A stretch of DNA of 64,000 bases from Mobula hypostoma (GCF_963921235.1 NC_086108.1:97342001-97406000); one strand, 5' to 3'. Positions 37,330 to 50,058 are shown, counted from the first letter of the stretch. Notes: a model not told the origin generated them from the sequence alone. A program made the numbers and translations.

Positions 37330-38550
37330 GCTTTCTCCATTCTCAAGGTGTAGCCATGGCCCCTTGCCTTTTCATTAGCCATGCAGAACAGTCCATGTTC
37401 CAAGACTTCCCCGATAATATACCCCAACACTTCCTCCACTACATTGCCAACTGCATTGGTGCTGCTTCATGCACCCATACTGAGTATGTCCATTTCATCA
37501 ACTTTGCTCAACTTCCACCTTGCCCTTAAGTTAACTTGGTCCATTTCCGACACCTCTCTCCCTCTTCTCGGTCTCACTGGAGGCAAACTGTCGACCGACA
37601 TCTTTTGTAAACCTACTGATTCCACATTTATCTTGATCTACCTATTCCCTCTCTGACTCCTGCAAAAATGTTATTCACTTTTCTCGGTTTCTTTGGCTTT
37701 GCTGCATTTGTTCCCAGGCTTTCCTTTCCAGGACATCAGAGGTGTTGTCCTTTATCAAGGAACAGGGTTTCCTGTTCTCCACCATAGCTTCTGCCCTCAC
37801 CAACATCTCCTCCGTTTCCTGGAAATCCGTGCTCACCCCAGCTTCCCGCCACTTTAACAGTGATATAATTCCCCTTGTCCTCACTACCACCACGTGAACC
37901 TCTGCATCCGACACATCATTTTCCGCAGCTTCTGCCACCTTCAACGGGATCCTACAACCAACGACATCTTTACCTACCCCCACTCTCTGGTTTCCACAGG
38001 AATTGCTCTCTTCATGATTCCCTTGTCCATTTGTCTCTCCTCACTAATCTCCCTCACGGCACTTATCCCTGCAAGCAGCCAATGTGCTACACCTCCCCGT
38101 TTGCCTCACCCCTCACCTCTATTCAGGGTCCCAAGTAGTCCTTCCAGGTGAGGCAACACTCTACCTGTGAATCTGCAGGGGTCGTTTATTGTGTCCGGTC
38201 CGATGCGGCCTCTTCTACATTGGTGAGGCCCGTTGTAAATTGGGGGACGGACTTTGTCGGGCATCTCTGTTCCTGCGATCAAAAGCGGCACTTTCCAGTG
38301 GCCCAACATTTCAATTCCAATTCCCACTCCCATTCCAACGTCTCAGTCCCTGGTCTCCTCTTGTGCCATGATGAGGCCACCCTCAGGGTGGAGGAGCAAC
38401 ACCTGATACTCCTTTTGGGCATCCTCCAACCTGATGGCATGAATATTAATTTCTACTTCCGGTAAAAATATTTTTCTTCCCCCACCACTCTTGTCTTCTA
38501 ATCCCCTCTCTGGCCTCTTTCCTCTTCTCGCCTGCCTATCACCTACCACA
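37330..38550 (+). mobile_element. Penelope-like element RT and GIY-YIG fragment
   Basis: NFHLALKLTWSISD; RQHSTCESAGVVYCV; CGLFYIGEA; EEQHLI...LQPDGMNI. Confidence 0.88.
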
Positions 38551-38551
38551 C

Positions 38552-38880
38552 ACTGTGTAAAAAAATACTGACCCACATATCCTATTTAACACTTCCCCTC
38601 TCTCCTTAATTGTATGATTTTGACTTTATTATCCTGAGAAAAGCCTCCTCTGACTGTCTACCATTTCTCTGCCTCTCATGATGTTATGAGCTTCTATCAG
38701 GTTTTACCTCAGCCTCCACCTCAGCCTCCAGGGAAAACATCTCAAGTTTGTCCAAACTTTCCTTAAGACACATTCTCTCTAATCCAGGCAGCATCTGGTA
38801 AACCTCTTCTGTACCCTTTGTGTAGAGGGATGACGAGACTGCACACAGTACTCCAAGCACAGCCTCGCTAAAGTTTTATA
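38552..38880 (-). mobile_element. CR1 RT C-terminal fragment
   Basis: Reverse-strand LEYCVQ and FFTQ remnants. Confidence 0.7.
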
Positions 38881-38964
38881 TAGATGCAAAAAAATGTTTT
38901 AGTTCAAAAGGAGTGGAGATATTAATTAATACCAAGAATACAAGGGTGATAAGATATATATACA

Positions 38965-39070
38965 CCCAAAAGAATCTGCAGATGCTGTAAATCCAGAGCA
39001 ATGCACATAAAATGCTGGAGGAACTCAGCAGGTCGGGCAGCAGCTGTGGAGAGGAATGCGCAGTCAACCT
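38965..39070 (-). mobile_element. PLE terminal fragment
   Basis: TCTGCAGATGCTG...AAATGCTGGAGGAACTCAGCAGG. Confidence 0.7.
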
Positions 39071-40192
39071 TCAGTAACACTCACAAACTCAGAAGGGCGA
39101 TGATAGATGCCTAATAAGTAAGGCCAAAGGATGAGCTCTATTATTTTCAGCTCACATTCATTAGACTAAATTAGTGTTTGAAAATAAAAGGAGAATCCAT
39201 TATTTAATAATTATTTTATCACACAGGGAAAGAGGCATATCCTAATTAGCAACCACCTATCTAACACTAACCTAATCACAGGACAATTTACAATGATCAT
39301 TTAACCTACTAACTGGTATGCCTTTGGACTTTGGGAGGAGACCGGAGACCCAGACACAACCGGAACCCAACTCTGGAATGCACCGAGCTGTAATATCGCA
39401 GCGTTAGCCACTATGCTGCTGTGTTCTTGCTTAAAGTGCTACCTTCAATGTTCAAAGTTATTTTTAGGTTATGACTTCCTTTTCCTTCAGAAGTGTAAAA
39501 GGTATCGAGCTGCAGTTGTTTATATATAATTCACTGGACTCATAAATCTGAAGCCATGGTTGACTGTGTCTGCCCTAAGCATTGATTGATCTGGCTTTGG
39601 CCTTGAATCTGGGAAGATGTTTTTTTTTTAAAATATCAGATGGCAAGCTTTAGCCGCTTCCCTCTGTTAATTCTCAGAAGGTTGATAAAGAACCTATTGG
39701 TGATAAATTGTCCTCAGTCTGGCTGCCCACAGCAGGTAGTAATCTCTCCTTAGATTGCCCTTGATGCTGTCTAGTTCCTTCAGTAACCACTCTGTCAATA
39801 CGTTCTGACAAAGAGGAAGTTGCACTCTTTTCTCCTGTGGCTGTCTTAATATGCCGTTCTCTGTTTTAGATGTTCGGTATTTCTGGGATTGATCCCTACC
39901 TTTGTTTCATAGACCAAGGTCAGTATTAACCCCACTGACGTGGAGATTAAGTCTGATTGGCAAACTATTGAAGAGTTTCTCCACACAAGGAATCATTCAG
40001 AAATGGCCCAGACCCTCGGGGACTCTTTGGATGCTCATAATACTCTTATCATTCTTGTAGCCTAGGAGTGTTTTGTAAACATTTTGTGTCAGTGAAACCA
40101 TTATACATGGTTTTAATGTAAATAACCATTTTGTGCCTTTTAACTTCTTGTAATTTCTAAGATAAAAAAGAGTGGAAAGAAACGGACATATA

Positions 40193-40730
40193 CACACAGT
40201 GTTCACTTTATTGGGTACAGGAGATACCTCATAAAGTGGCCACTGAGTGTATGCTCATGGTCTCTGCTGCTGTAGCCCATCTACTTCAAGGTTGTGTGTT
40301 CGGAGATGCTCTTCTGCATACTATTGTAATGTGTGGTTTTCTGAATTAGTTCTGCCTTCCTGTCCCTGTCAGCTTGAACCAGGCCGGCCATTCTCCCCTG
40401 ACCTCTCACTGGTTGTGAAAGCGAGGCATTTTAACCCACAGAACTGCCATTCACTGGATGTTTTTTTTTGTTTTTCTCACCATTCTCTTTAAACTAGAGA
40501 CTGTTTTGCTTAAAATCCCAGGAGATCAGCAGCTGCTGAGATACTCAAGCCACCTACATTCATTCCTCAGTCAAGATCGCAAAGTCATTTGCTTCCCATT
40601 CTGACACCTTTCAGAGCAATTGAACCTCTTGACCATGTCTGCATGCTTTTATGTATTGAGTGCTGCCTGATCAGATATTTGCATTAACAAACAGGTGTTC
40701 AGGTGTACCCAATGAAGTGGCCACTGAGTG
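40193..40730 (-). mobile_element. Tc1-family non-autonomous element, copy 2
   Basis: Colinear with 6552-7110; same TIR AAGTGGCCACTGAGTG. Confidence 0.82.
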
Positions 40731-41149
40731 TGGCAGACATTTCAGAACCAAAGCATGTCCTATTTGCTTTCCAAACTGGTTTGAAGTGTGGTTACTGAAG
40801 GAGCATTTAATGATGGTCTGGTGCAGTTCACTATGCATTTGCTGATTCATTTACTGTGGACTGACCCTGGCCTGGAGTGCCATTTGACATGTGTGTTAGT
40901 CCCAAGGGCTCTATTTGTTTCTGAAGTACAGAAGTACTTAAGTGAAGAACAAAACCCCTGATATTGTTCTCTACTGATTACTTAAACCAGTCTTAACTTT
41001 AGCTCGGAGTTCAGTCCATAACAGGTGATAAATCGTCTTGATCTTGAAACACGTTGCTGGAGAGATTTTAAATCTAGACCTCATTTTTGTGTTTCCCCTA
41101 CTTAAAACTGGCAGGAGGGATATGTCAGTGGATGTAACTTAATAAGGAT

Positions 41150-41850
41150 ACTTAAGGATCAACGTTACTCAACATATACATTTACATGTATTCGGAATTT
41201 GTAGTGATGTGTTGGACAGGGTGTGACACACAAGGAAAAACAATGACATTCAACAAATATAAGAATGAAGTATAAATAATGTTAGAAGTACAGATATGGA
41301 ATAAAATGAGCATAATACATAAATACCAGCATTCATTTACAATGTGAGCAGTTTATAAGAAGTGGTTTAAAGTGTTTACAGTGCAGTGCAGTGAAGGGGG
41401 TAATAAACAGAGGGGTTGGGGGTGACTAACTAGAATGGTTGATCAGATTAATTGCCTGGGTGAAGAATTTTTTTTTAAGATGGTGTGAAGGTCTGGTTTA
41501 ACTATCCCTATCTCATGTTCCAGAAGCGAATTTTTAGAAAATTCACTTTGCAGGATAGGTCGTGTCTGCAATGATTTTTCTTGCCGCTTCGTTGCCCTGG
41601 ACACATTCAAGTCCTGCACTGAAGGTAGACTGCAGACAATGACCTTTTCAGTGGACCCAGCTGCTCACTGTAATTTCTGTGTATTGCGAGAGGATGCTGC
41701 ACCAAGCCAGACAGTCATGGCTGATGTGAGGGTGCTCTCTATGATGGCAGTGTAGAATGGCACCAGTATGTTCTGGGAAAGATGGAATTTCACCAACTGC
41801 TGCAAGAGGTAGATCCCCTGTAGGGCCTTTCTGCTAATGAAGTAACAGAA
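41150..41850 (-). mobile_element. Rex1/Babar-like 3' fragment
   Basis: ORF 41665-42009 C-terminal part (YLLQQLVKFHLSQNIL.PFYTAIIESTLTSAMTVW). Confidence 0.7.
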
Positions 41851-41890
41851 GGAACAGACAATACCTAAGGAGATATACTTGGGCCCACAT

Positions 41891-42565
41891 GGAGGAGGAG
41901 AAGATGGCGGCCTGACGCAGTGCGCGTGACCGCTCCGAATTGATATCGTATTTGTGAAATAGGATGCCGTGCACAATGCTGATTTGATGGAGACAGCTGT
42001 GAGAAGCATGGAGGAACATCTGGAGAAACTTCTGAAATGCCTGCTTCGCTGCCGCTGCTACTGTGCGATCGAGAATCTCCAGAGGGGAAGGTCCCAAATC
42101 CTTGGCTTTGCCTATTGCCTGTTGCTGGGGCTGGGGTCGAAGCGCTCGGCAGAGATGGTGCTCGGTGCTCAGTGTCGGAGAGCTGGTTGGAGGCTCGAAG
42201 TTTTTGGACGGACTTGGAGTCGGACTGTGGTCGGGTGCTTCCAGGATGCTGCATCGGCAAGCTGGAAGCTCATGGCAGGAAGAGTTTTCTTCCTTCAACC
42301 GTCTGCGTGAGATGATGGGACTTTCGAGAGACTTTGAGACTTTTTTTTACCATGCCCATGATCTGTTCTTCTATCAAATTATGGTATTGCTTGCACTGTT
42401 GTAACTATATGTTATAATTATGTGGTTTTTGTCAGTTTTTTAAAGTCTTGTGTTTCTGTCATATCATTCTGGAGGAACAAATTGTATCACTTCTTAATGC
42501 ATGTATTACTAAATGACAATAAAAAAGGACTGCGTGTCCTCATAATCTAATCTAATCTAATCTAA
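41891..42565 (+). mobile_element. non-coding retroposed element with GC-rich head and (AATCT)n tail
   Basis: Starts GGAGGAGGAGAAGATGGCGG; AATAAA near 42518; (AATCT)4 at 42544-42563. Confidence 0.55.
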
Positions 42566-42825
42566 ACATGCTAGCTATTCCTCACCCTGAAGTCTCTCCC
42601 TGATGGACTTGTCCCATGGGAAATCCAGCAAACCTTCCCTACTCTGTCTTCTAAATAGCAGTCATCTGTCGAGTTTCATCAGGACACCCAGCCAGCTGTT
42701 CAATAAATGAACCCACCTCACACTGACCATTCCACCTTCAATGAGAACCATTCTGCCTCTATCAATTGGCAGCCTACCCGGTCAACTGTGGGTCTGCAGT
42801 AGATGGTCCTGATATTGACCGTAAC

Positions 42826-43205
42826 TACGCACACAATGTGCTGCAGGAATGCAGCAGCTCAGGATGCAAATATGCAAATGAATAGACAGACAACGTTTCA
42901 TGCCGAGACTCTTCTTCAGGACTGAGGAGGAAGGGGGAAGATGCCAGAGTGAAAAAGGTTGGGGGGAGAGGAAGGAGAATAGCTAGAAGGTGAAAGGTGA
43001 ATCCAGATGCATAGGAAAGGTAAAGGGCTGGGGATGCAGGAATCTGATGGGAGAGGAGAGTGAGCCACCAGATGAAAGGGAAGGAGGGACCCAGGTGGAG
43101 GTGATAGGCAGGTGAGAAGAGGTTAGGGGCCAGAGAGGGGAAGAGAAGCAGAAGGGAAGGGGAGGAATTTTTTTTACTGGAGGGAGAAATCAATACTCTT
43201 GCCAT
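42826..43205 (-). mobile_element. PLE 3' UTR and terminal repeat
   Basis: Colinear with 29230-29640; decayed hammerhead at 42891-42924. Confidence 0.75.
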
Positions 43206-43206
43206 T

Positions 43207-45090
43207 ATAAGACCATTAGATATTGGGGCAGAATTAGGTCATTTGAACCATTGGGTATGCTCCGCCATTTCATCATGGTTGATCCAATTTTCCTCTCAGC
43301 CCCAATCTCCTCACTTCTCCCTGTATCCCTTCATGCCCTGACCAATCAAAACTCTTATCAATAACTTCCTTAAATATACATAAAGACTTGTCATTCACAG
43401 CTGCCCGTGGCAAAGAATTGCACAGATTCACCAGAACAACGGCAGAACAACAATGGCTGGTGTTTCTGGGGGCAATCTGGAAGGTGCAGGATAGATAGAT
43501 TGCAAAGATGAATAAGTATTCTAAAGGGTGGATAATGCATCCATGGCTGACAAAGGAAGTCAAAGACAGTTTAAAAGCCAAAATAAGACACATAATAAAG
43601 CAAAAATTAATGGGAAGTTAGAGGACTAGGAAACCTTTAAAAAACAAAAGAAGGCAAATGAAAAACCCATAAAGAGAGAAAAGATGAAATATGAAATTAA
43701 GCAATGAAGGAGGATACAAATAGTTTTTTTTCCCAGATATATAAAGAGTAAAATAAAGCTGAGAGTGAATATTGGACTTCTGGAAAATTATGCTGGAGAG
43801 GTAGTAATGGGGGACAAGAAAATAATGGACAAACTTAATAGGCATTTTGAATCAGTCTTCACTGTGGAAGACATTAGCAGTATGCCAGAAATTTGAGAGT
43901 GTCAAGGGGCAAAAGTGAGTGTAGCTGCTATTACTAAGGAGAAAATGCTTGAGAAGCTGAAAGCTCTGAGGGCAGATCAGTCACCTGGACCAGGTGGACT
44001 ACACCACAGGCTTCTGAAAGAGGTGGCTGAAGAGACTATGGAGACATTAGTAATGATTTTTCAAGAATCACTAGAATCTGGAATGGTTCTGGAGGACTTG
44101 AAAATTGCAAATGTCACTCCACTCTTTAAGAAGTGAGGGAGAAGAAAGAGAATTATAGACTGACTTCAGTGGTTGGAAAGAAGTTAGAGTCCACTATTAA
44201 GGATGAAGTTTTGGGGTTCTTGGATGCACATGACAAAATAGGCCAAAATCATCATGGTTCCCTTAAGTGGAAATTTTGCCTCAAAACCTGTTGGAATTCT
44301 TTGAGGAAATAACAGGCAGGATAGAAAAAGGAGAGTCATAGGATTTTGTATGCTTGGAATTTCAAAAGGCCTTTAATAAGGGGGAGATTAACAAGGTAAG
44401 ACCCCATGGTATTACAGGAAAAGTACTAGCATGGATAGAAGATTGGCTGACTGACAGGAGGCAAAGAGTGGGAATAAAGGGGTCCTTTTCTGGTTCACTG
44501 CCAGTGACTGGTGATGTTCTGCAGGGGTCAGTCACATCTTTACACATTATATGTCAATGATTTGGGTGACAGAATTGATGACTTTGTGGCCAAGTTTGTG
44601 GGTGATAAGTGGAGGAACAGGTAGTATTGAGGAAGCAAGGAGGCTGCAGAAGGACATAGACAGATTGGGAGAATGGGCAAAGAAATGGCAGATGAAATAC
44701 AGTGTAGGGAAGTGTATGGTCTTGCACTTTGGTAGAGTGAATAAGGTGTGAACTATTTTGTAAATGGGGAGAAAATTCAAAAAATTAATAGTGCAAAGGG
44801 ACTTGGGAGTCCATGTGTAGGATTTCATAAATTTACAGGTTGAGTCAGTTGTAAGGAAGGCAAATGCAAAGTAAGCAGTCATCCCAAGTGGGCTAGAATA
44901 TAAAAGCAATGATGTAACGCTGAAGCTTTGTAAGGCATTGGTCAAAGTGTACTTTGAGTAATGTGAGCAGTTTTGGGCCCCTGTCTAAGATGTGCTGGCA
45001 TTGGAGAGGTTCCTGAGGAGGCTCACAACAATGATTCCGGGAATGAAAGGCTTAATGTACGGAAGTGTTTGATGGCTCTGTGAAACCTAT
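43207..45090. mobile_element. CR1 with inverted parts: 3' end on minus (43207-43432), ORF2 on plus (43433-45090)
   Basis: TAAGACCAT tail at left; SPGPGGLH, IANVTPLFKK, LQKDIDRLGEWA on plus strand. Confidence 0.82.
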
Positions 45091-45907
45091 TGCTTATTGA
45101 GTGGACCAATTACAAGCAAGAGAAAATCTGCTGATGCTGGAAACTACAATTGATCACATCATCATAGAGATGCTTAATATGTGCATTTGATGCTTTAATT
45201 GTATTGGAGCCCCTACAATTCACCTACTGGCACAACTGATCGACGGACGATGCAATAGCCACAGCTCTACGCACCGTCCTTACACATCTGGAGAAGAAGG
45301 ATGCTTATGTGAGAATGCTGTTCTTAGACTGCAGTTCAGCATTCAACACCATAATCTCCTCCAGGATCGACAGGAAGCTCAGAGGCCTTGGCCTTCACCC
45401 TGCCTTGTGTAGCTGGATCCTGGACTTTATGCTCCTCTGCCCCTCAAAACAGGTGCCCCTCAGAGCTGTGTGCTGAGCCCCCTCCTTTACTCTCTGTATA
45501 CCTATGACTGTGTCGCCACCCGCAGCTCCCAACCTGCTAATTACATTTGCTGACAACACTACACTGAATGGCCTAATCTCAAATAATAATGAGGAGGCTT
45601 ACAGTTGGGAAGTTATCACCCTGACACTGTGGTGTCAAGAAAACAACCTCTTCCTCAACATCGCAAAAACAAAGGAGCTGGTTGTGGACGACAGGAGGAA
45701 TGGAGACAGGCTAACCCCTATCGACATCAATGGATCTGGGGTTGAGAGGGTGAACAGCTTTAAATTCCTCTGCACACACATCACCAAGGACCTCGCGTGG
45801 TCTGTACATAAACAACAGGAATTCTGCAGATGCTGGAAATTCAAGCAACACACATCAAAGTTGCTGGTGAACGCAGCAGGCCAAGCAGCATCTGTAGGAA
45901 GAGGTGC

Positions 45908-45943
45908 AGTCGACGTTTCAGGCCGAGACCCTTCGTCAGGACT
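45908..45943 (-). ncRNA. minimal type I hammerhead ribozyme motif
   Basis: Exact reverse complement of 47656-47691. Confidence 0.75.
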
Positions 45944-46253
45944 AACTGAAGGAAGAGTGAGTAAGGGATTTGAAAGTTGGAGGGGCAGGGGGAGATCCAA
46001 AATTATAGGAGAAGACAGGAGGGGGAGGGATAGAGCCAAGAGCTGGACAGGTGATTGGCAAAAGGGGATACGAGAGGATCATGGGACAGGAGGTCCGGGA
46101 AGAAAGACAAGGTGGGGGGGGACCCAGAGGATGGGCAAGAGGTATATTCAGAGGGACAGAGGGAGAAAAAGGAGAGTGAGAAAAAGGAGAGTGAGAGAAA
46201 GAATGTGTGCATAAAAATGAGTAACAGATGGAGTACGAGGGGGAGGTGGGGCC

Positions 46254-46580
46254 TTAGCGGAAGTTGGAGAAGTCGATGTTCATGCCATCAGGTTGGAGGC
46301 TACCCAGACGGAATATAAGGTGTTGTTCCTCCAACCTGAGTGTGGCTTCATCTTTACAGTAGAGGAGGCCGTGGATAGACATGTCAGAATAGGAATGGGA
46401 TGTGGAATTAAAATGTGTGGCCACTGGGAGATCCTGCTTTCTCTGGCGGACAGAGCATAGATGTTCAACAAAGCGGTCTCCCAGTCTGCGTTGGGTCTCG
46501 CCAATATATAAAAGGCCACATCGGGAGCACCAGATGCAGTATATCACCCCAGTCGACTCACAGGTGAAGTGTTGCCTCAT
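46254..46580 (-). pseudogene. PLE GIY-YIG endonuclease domain (left arm)
   Basis: GVIYCIWCSRCGLLYIGETQRRLGDRFVEH. Confidence 0.85.
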
Positions 46581-47035
46581 CTGGTAGGACTGTTTGGGGT
46601 CTTTCATTCTAGGATGAGGGAGATGTCTTCCTTTTTTAAAGGAAGGGGCTTCCCTTCCTCCACTATCAACTCTGCTCTTAAACGCATCTCCTCCATTTCA
46701 CGTACATCTGCTCTCAATCCATCCTCCCGCCACCCCACTAGGAATAGGGTTCCCCTGGTCCTCACCTACCACCCCACCAGCCTCCGGGTCCAACATATTA
46801 TTCTCCGTAACTTCCGCCACCTCCAACGGGATCCCACCACTAAGCACATCTTTCCCTCCCCCCCCCTGCATTCCGCAGGGATCGCTCCCTACGCAACTCC
46901 CTTGTCCATTCGTCCCCCCCATCCCTCCCCACTGATCTCCCTCCTGGCACTTATCCGTGTAAGCGGAACAAGTGCTACACATGCCCTTACACTTCCTCCC
47001 TTACCACCATTCAGGGCCCCAAACAATCCTTCCAG

Positions 47036-47362
47036 GTGAGGCAACACTTCACCTGTGAGTCGACTGGGGTGATATACTGCGTCCGGTGCTCCCAATGTGG
47101 CCTTTTATATATTGGCGAGACCCGACGCAGACTGGGAGACCGCTTTGCTGAACATCTACGCTCCGTCCGCCAGAGAAAGCAGGATCTCCCAGTGGCCACA
47201 CATTTTAATTCCACATCCCATTCCCATTCTGACATGTCTATCCACGGCCTCCTCTACTGTAAAGATGAAGCCACACTCAGGTTGGAGGAACAACACCTTA
47301 TATTCCGTCTGGGTAGCCTCCAACCTGATGGCATGAACATCGACTTCTCTAACTTCCGCTAG
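47036..47362 (+). pseudogene. PLE GIY-YIG endonuclease domain (right arm; 5'-truncated element)
   Basis: GVIYCVRCSQCGLLYIGETRRRLGDRFAEH...EEQHLIFRLGSLQPDGMN. Confidence 0.88.
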
Positions 47363-47655
47363 GCCCCACCTCCCCCTCGTACCCCATCTGTTACTTATTT
47401 TTATGCACACATTCTTTCTCTCACTCTCCTTTTTCTCCCTCTGTCCCTCTGAATATACCTCTTGCCCATCCTCTGGGTCCCCCCCGCCTTGTCTTTCTTC
47501 CCGGACCTCCTGTCCCATGATCCTCTCGTATCCCCTTTTGCCTATCACCTGTCCAGCTCTTGGCTCCATCCCTCCCCCTCCTGTCTTCTCCTATCATTTT
47601 GGATCTCCCCCTCCCCCTCCAACTTTCAAATCCCTTACTCACTCTTCCCTCAGTT

Positions 47656-47691
47656 AGTCCTGACGAAGGGTCTCGGCCTGAAACGTCGACT
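47656..47691 (+). ncRNA. minimal type I hammerhead ribozyme motif
   Basis: AGTC (helix I) CTGACGA A GGGT-CTCG-GCCT (helix II) GAAAC GTC GACT (helix I'); predicted cleavage after 47687. Confidence 0.75.
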
Positions 47692-48804
47692 GCACCTCTT
47701 CCTACAGATGCTGCCTGGCCTGCTGCGTTCACCAGCAACTTTGATGTGTGGTCTGTACATACTGGCTCTGTGGTTAAAAAAGCACAACAGCACCTCTTTC
47801 ACGTCAGACGTTTGAAGAAATTTGGTATGGCTCCCCAAATTCTAAGAACTTTCCACAGGGGCACAATTGAGAACATCCTGTATGGCTGCTTCACTGTACC
47901 TCCCTTAATTAAGGGAACTGTACCTCCCTTAATCACAGGACTCTGTAGAGAGTGGTGCAGACAGCCCCACTCATCTGTAGATGTGAACTTCCCACTATTC
48001 AGGACATTTACAAAGATAGGTGTGTAAAAAGGATCCAAAGGATCATTGAGGACCTGAGTCACCGCAACCAGAAATTGTTCCAGCTGCTACCATCCGGGAA
48101 ATGGTACCACAGCATAAAAGCCAGGACCAGCAGGTTCCAGAACAGCTTCTTCCACCAGGCCATCAGACTGCTCAATTCACGCTGATGCAACTGTATTTCT
48201 ATGTTTTATTGACTATCCTGATGTACATAATATTTATTATAAATTACTACAAATACATATTGCACATTTGAACAGAGAAGTAATGTAAAGATTTTTAGTC
48301 CTCATGTATTTGAAGGATATAAGTAATAAAGTCAATACAATTCAATTCAATTTAATTGTGAGAGCAATCTGTTTAAATGCTTGAAGAATGGCATCCACAA
48401 ATGTAAATAAAGCAATATGAATTTCTAGCCTGTTATAACCATATCCCTGTACTGCAATGTCAAACCCTGACAGTACGTACATTTTACTGACAATACAGTC
48501 CACAATTTTGCAAATTGACCTCCCTCTTCATTTCTCTCTTACAATTATACAGGACATCAAATCAGGATTTTTATTTTCTCTATAAACACTGATACTACCT
48601 TGCTTCCACTATCTTATTACATCAACCATCTTTCCATTCCCCATTCTGGCTCACCTCTTACCCCCTTTCATCTCCTCACCTCCCCATCACCTCCATCTGG
48701 TGAGTCGGTGAGGAATTGTGTACTTTGGAGAGTACCTATTCACTTTCCCAATAGTGTTGTGAATGCTTGGCTCTTGAACTGATACTGGACAGAGGCTGAC
48801 AGGT

Positions 48805-50058
48805 TATTGAACTTTTTGAAGAGGTTACCAGAAATGCTGATGAGGGTAAAGTGGTGGATGTTGTCTATATGGACTTCAGTAAGGCCTTTGACAAGGTCCT
48901 ACATGGAAGGTTGGTTAGGAAGGTTCAATCGTTATGTATTAATATTGAAGTAGTAAAATGGATTCAGCAGTGGCTAGATGGGAGACGCCAGAGAGTGGTG
49001 GTGGATAACTGTTTGTCAGATTGGAGGCCGGTGACTAGTGGTGTGTCTCAGGGATCTGTACTGGGTCCAATATTATTTGTCATATACATTAATGATCTGG
49101 ACGATGGGGTGGTAAATTGGATGAGTAACTATGCAGATGATACTAAGACAGGTGGAGTTGTGGATGACGAAGTAGGTTTTCAAAGCTTGCAGAGAGATTT
49201 AGGCCAGTTAGAAGAGTGGGCTGAAAGATGACAGATGGAGTTTAATGCTGATAAATGTGAGGTGCTGCATTTTGGTAGGACTAATCAAAATAGGACATAC
49301 ATTGTAAATGGTAGGGCGTTGAAGAATGCAGTAGAACAGAGGGATCTAGGAATAATGGTGCATAGTTCCCTGAAGGTGGAATCTCATGTGGATAGGGTGG
49401 TGAAGAAAGCTTTTGGTATGCTGGCCTTTATAAATCAGAGCATTGAGTATAGGAGTTGGGATGTAATGTTGAAATTATACAAGGCCTTGGTGAGGCCAAA
49501 TTTGGAATATTGTGTACAGTTTTGGTCACCGAATTATAGGAAAGATGTCAACAAAATAGAGAGAGAGTACAGAAAAGATTTACTAGAATGTTACCTGGGT
49601 TTCATCACCTAAGTTACAGAGAAAGGTTGAACAAGTTGGGTCTTTATCCTTTGGAACGTAGAAGGTTGACGGGGGACTTGATCGAGGTATTTAAAATTAT
49701 GAGGGGGATAGATAGAGTTGACGTGGATAGGCTTTTTCCATTGAGAGTGGGGGAGATTCAAACAAGAGGACATGAGTTGAGAGTTAAAGGGCAAAAGTTT
49801 AGGGGTAACATGAAGGGGAACTTCTTTACTCAGAGAGTGGTAGCTGTGTGGAACGAGCTTCCAGCAGAAGTGGTTGAGGCAGGTTTGATGTTGTCGTTTA
49901 AAGTTAAATTGGATAGATATATGGACAGGAAAGGAATGGAGGGTTATGGGCTGAGTGCAGGTTGGTGGGACTAGATGAGAGTAAGAGTTCGGCACGGACT
50001 AGAAGGGCCGAGATGGCCTGTTTCTGTGCTGTAATTGTTATATGGTTATATGGTTATG
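48805..50058 (+). mobile_element. CR1 LINE 3' portion
   Basis: ORFs 48851-49231, 49235-49612, 49588-49974 (DFSKAFDKV, QGSVLGP, YADD, RPNLEYC); (GTTATATG)n tail. Confidence 0.93.

Larger units (their letters stand above)
45811..47747. mobile_element. young Penelope-like element, fold-back with about 740-bp inverted arms
   Basis: Exact 14-bp TSD GTGGTCTGTACATA (45797-45810 / 47748-47761); arms about 45850-46601 and 47015-47747. Confidence 0.95.
45203..48350 (+). mobile_element. Rex1/Babar LINE hosting a fold-back PLE
   Basis: SSAFNTI, FADNT, KTKELVVD; (CAATT)n tail; 9-bp TSD TTTAATTGT (45194-45202 / 48351-48359). Confidence 0.88.

Noticed and set aside
41834..42404. Cluster of overlapping 90-154 aa ORFs
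   Set aside because: GC-rich repeat head with few stops; no recognisable domain
45504..46214. 236-aa ORF as a novel fusion protein
   Set aside because: Chance read-through from a Rex RT fragment into the antisense PLE arm across the TSD
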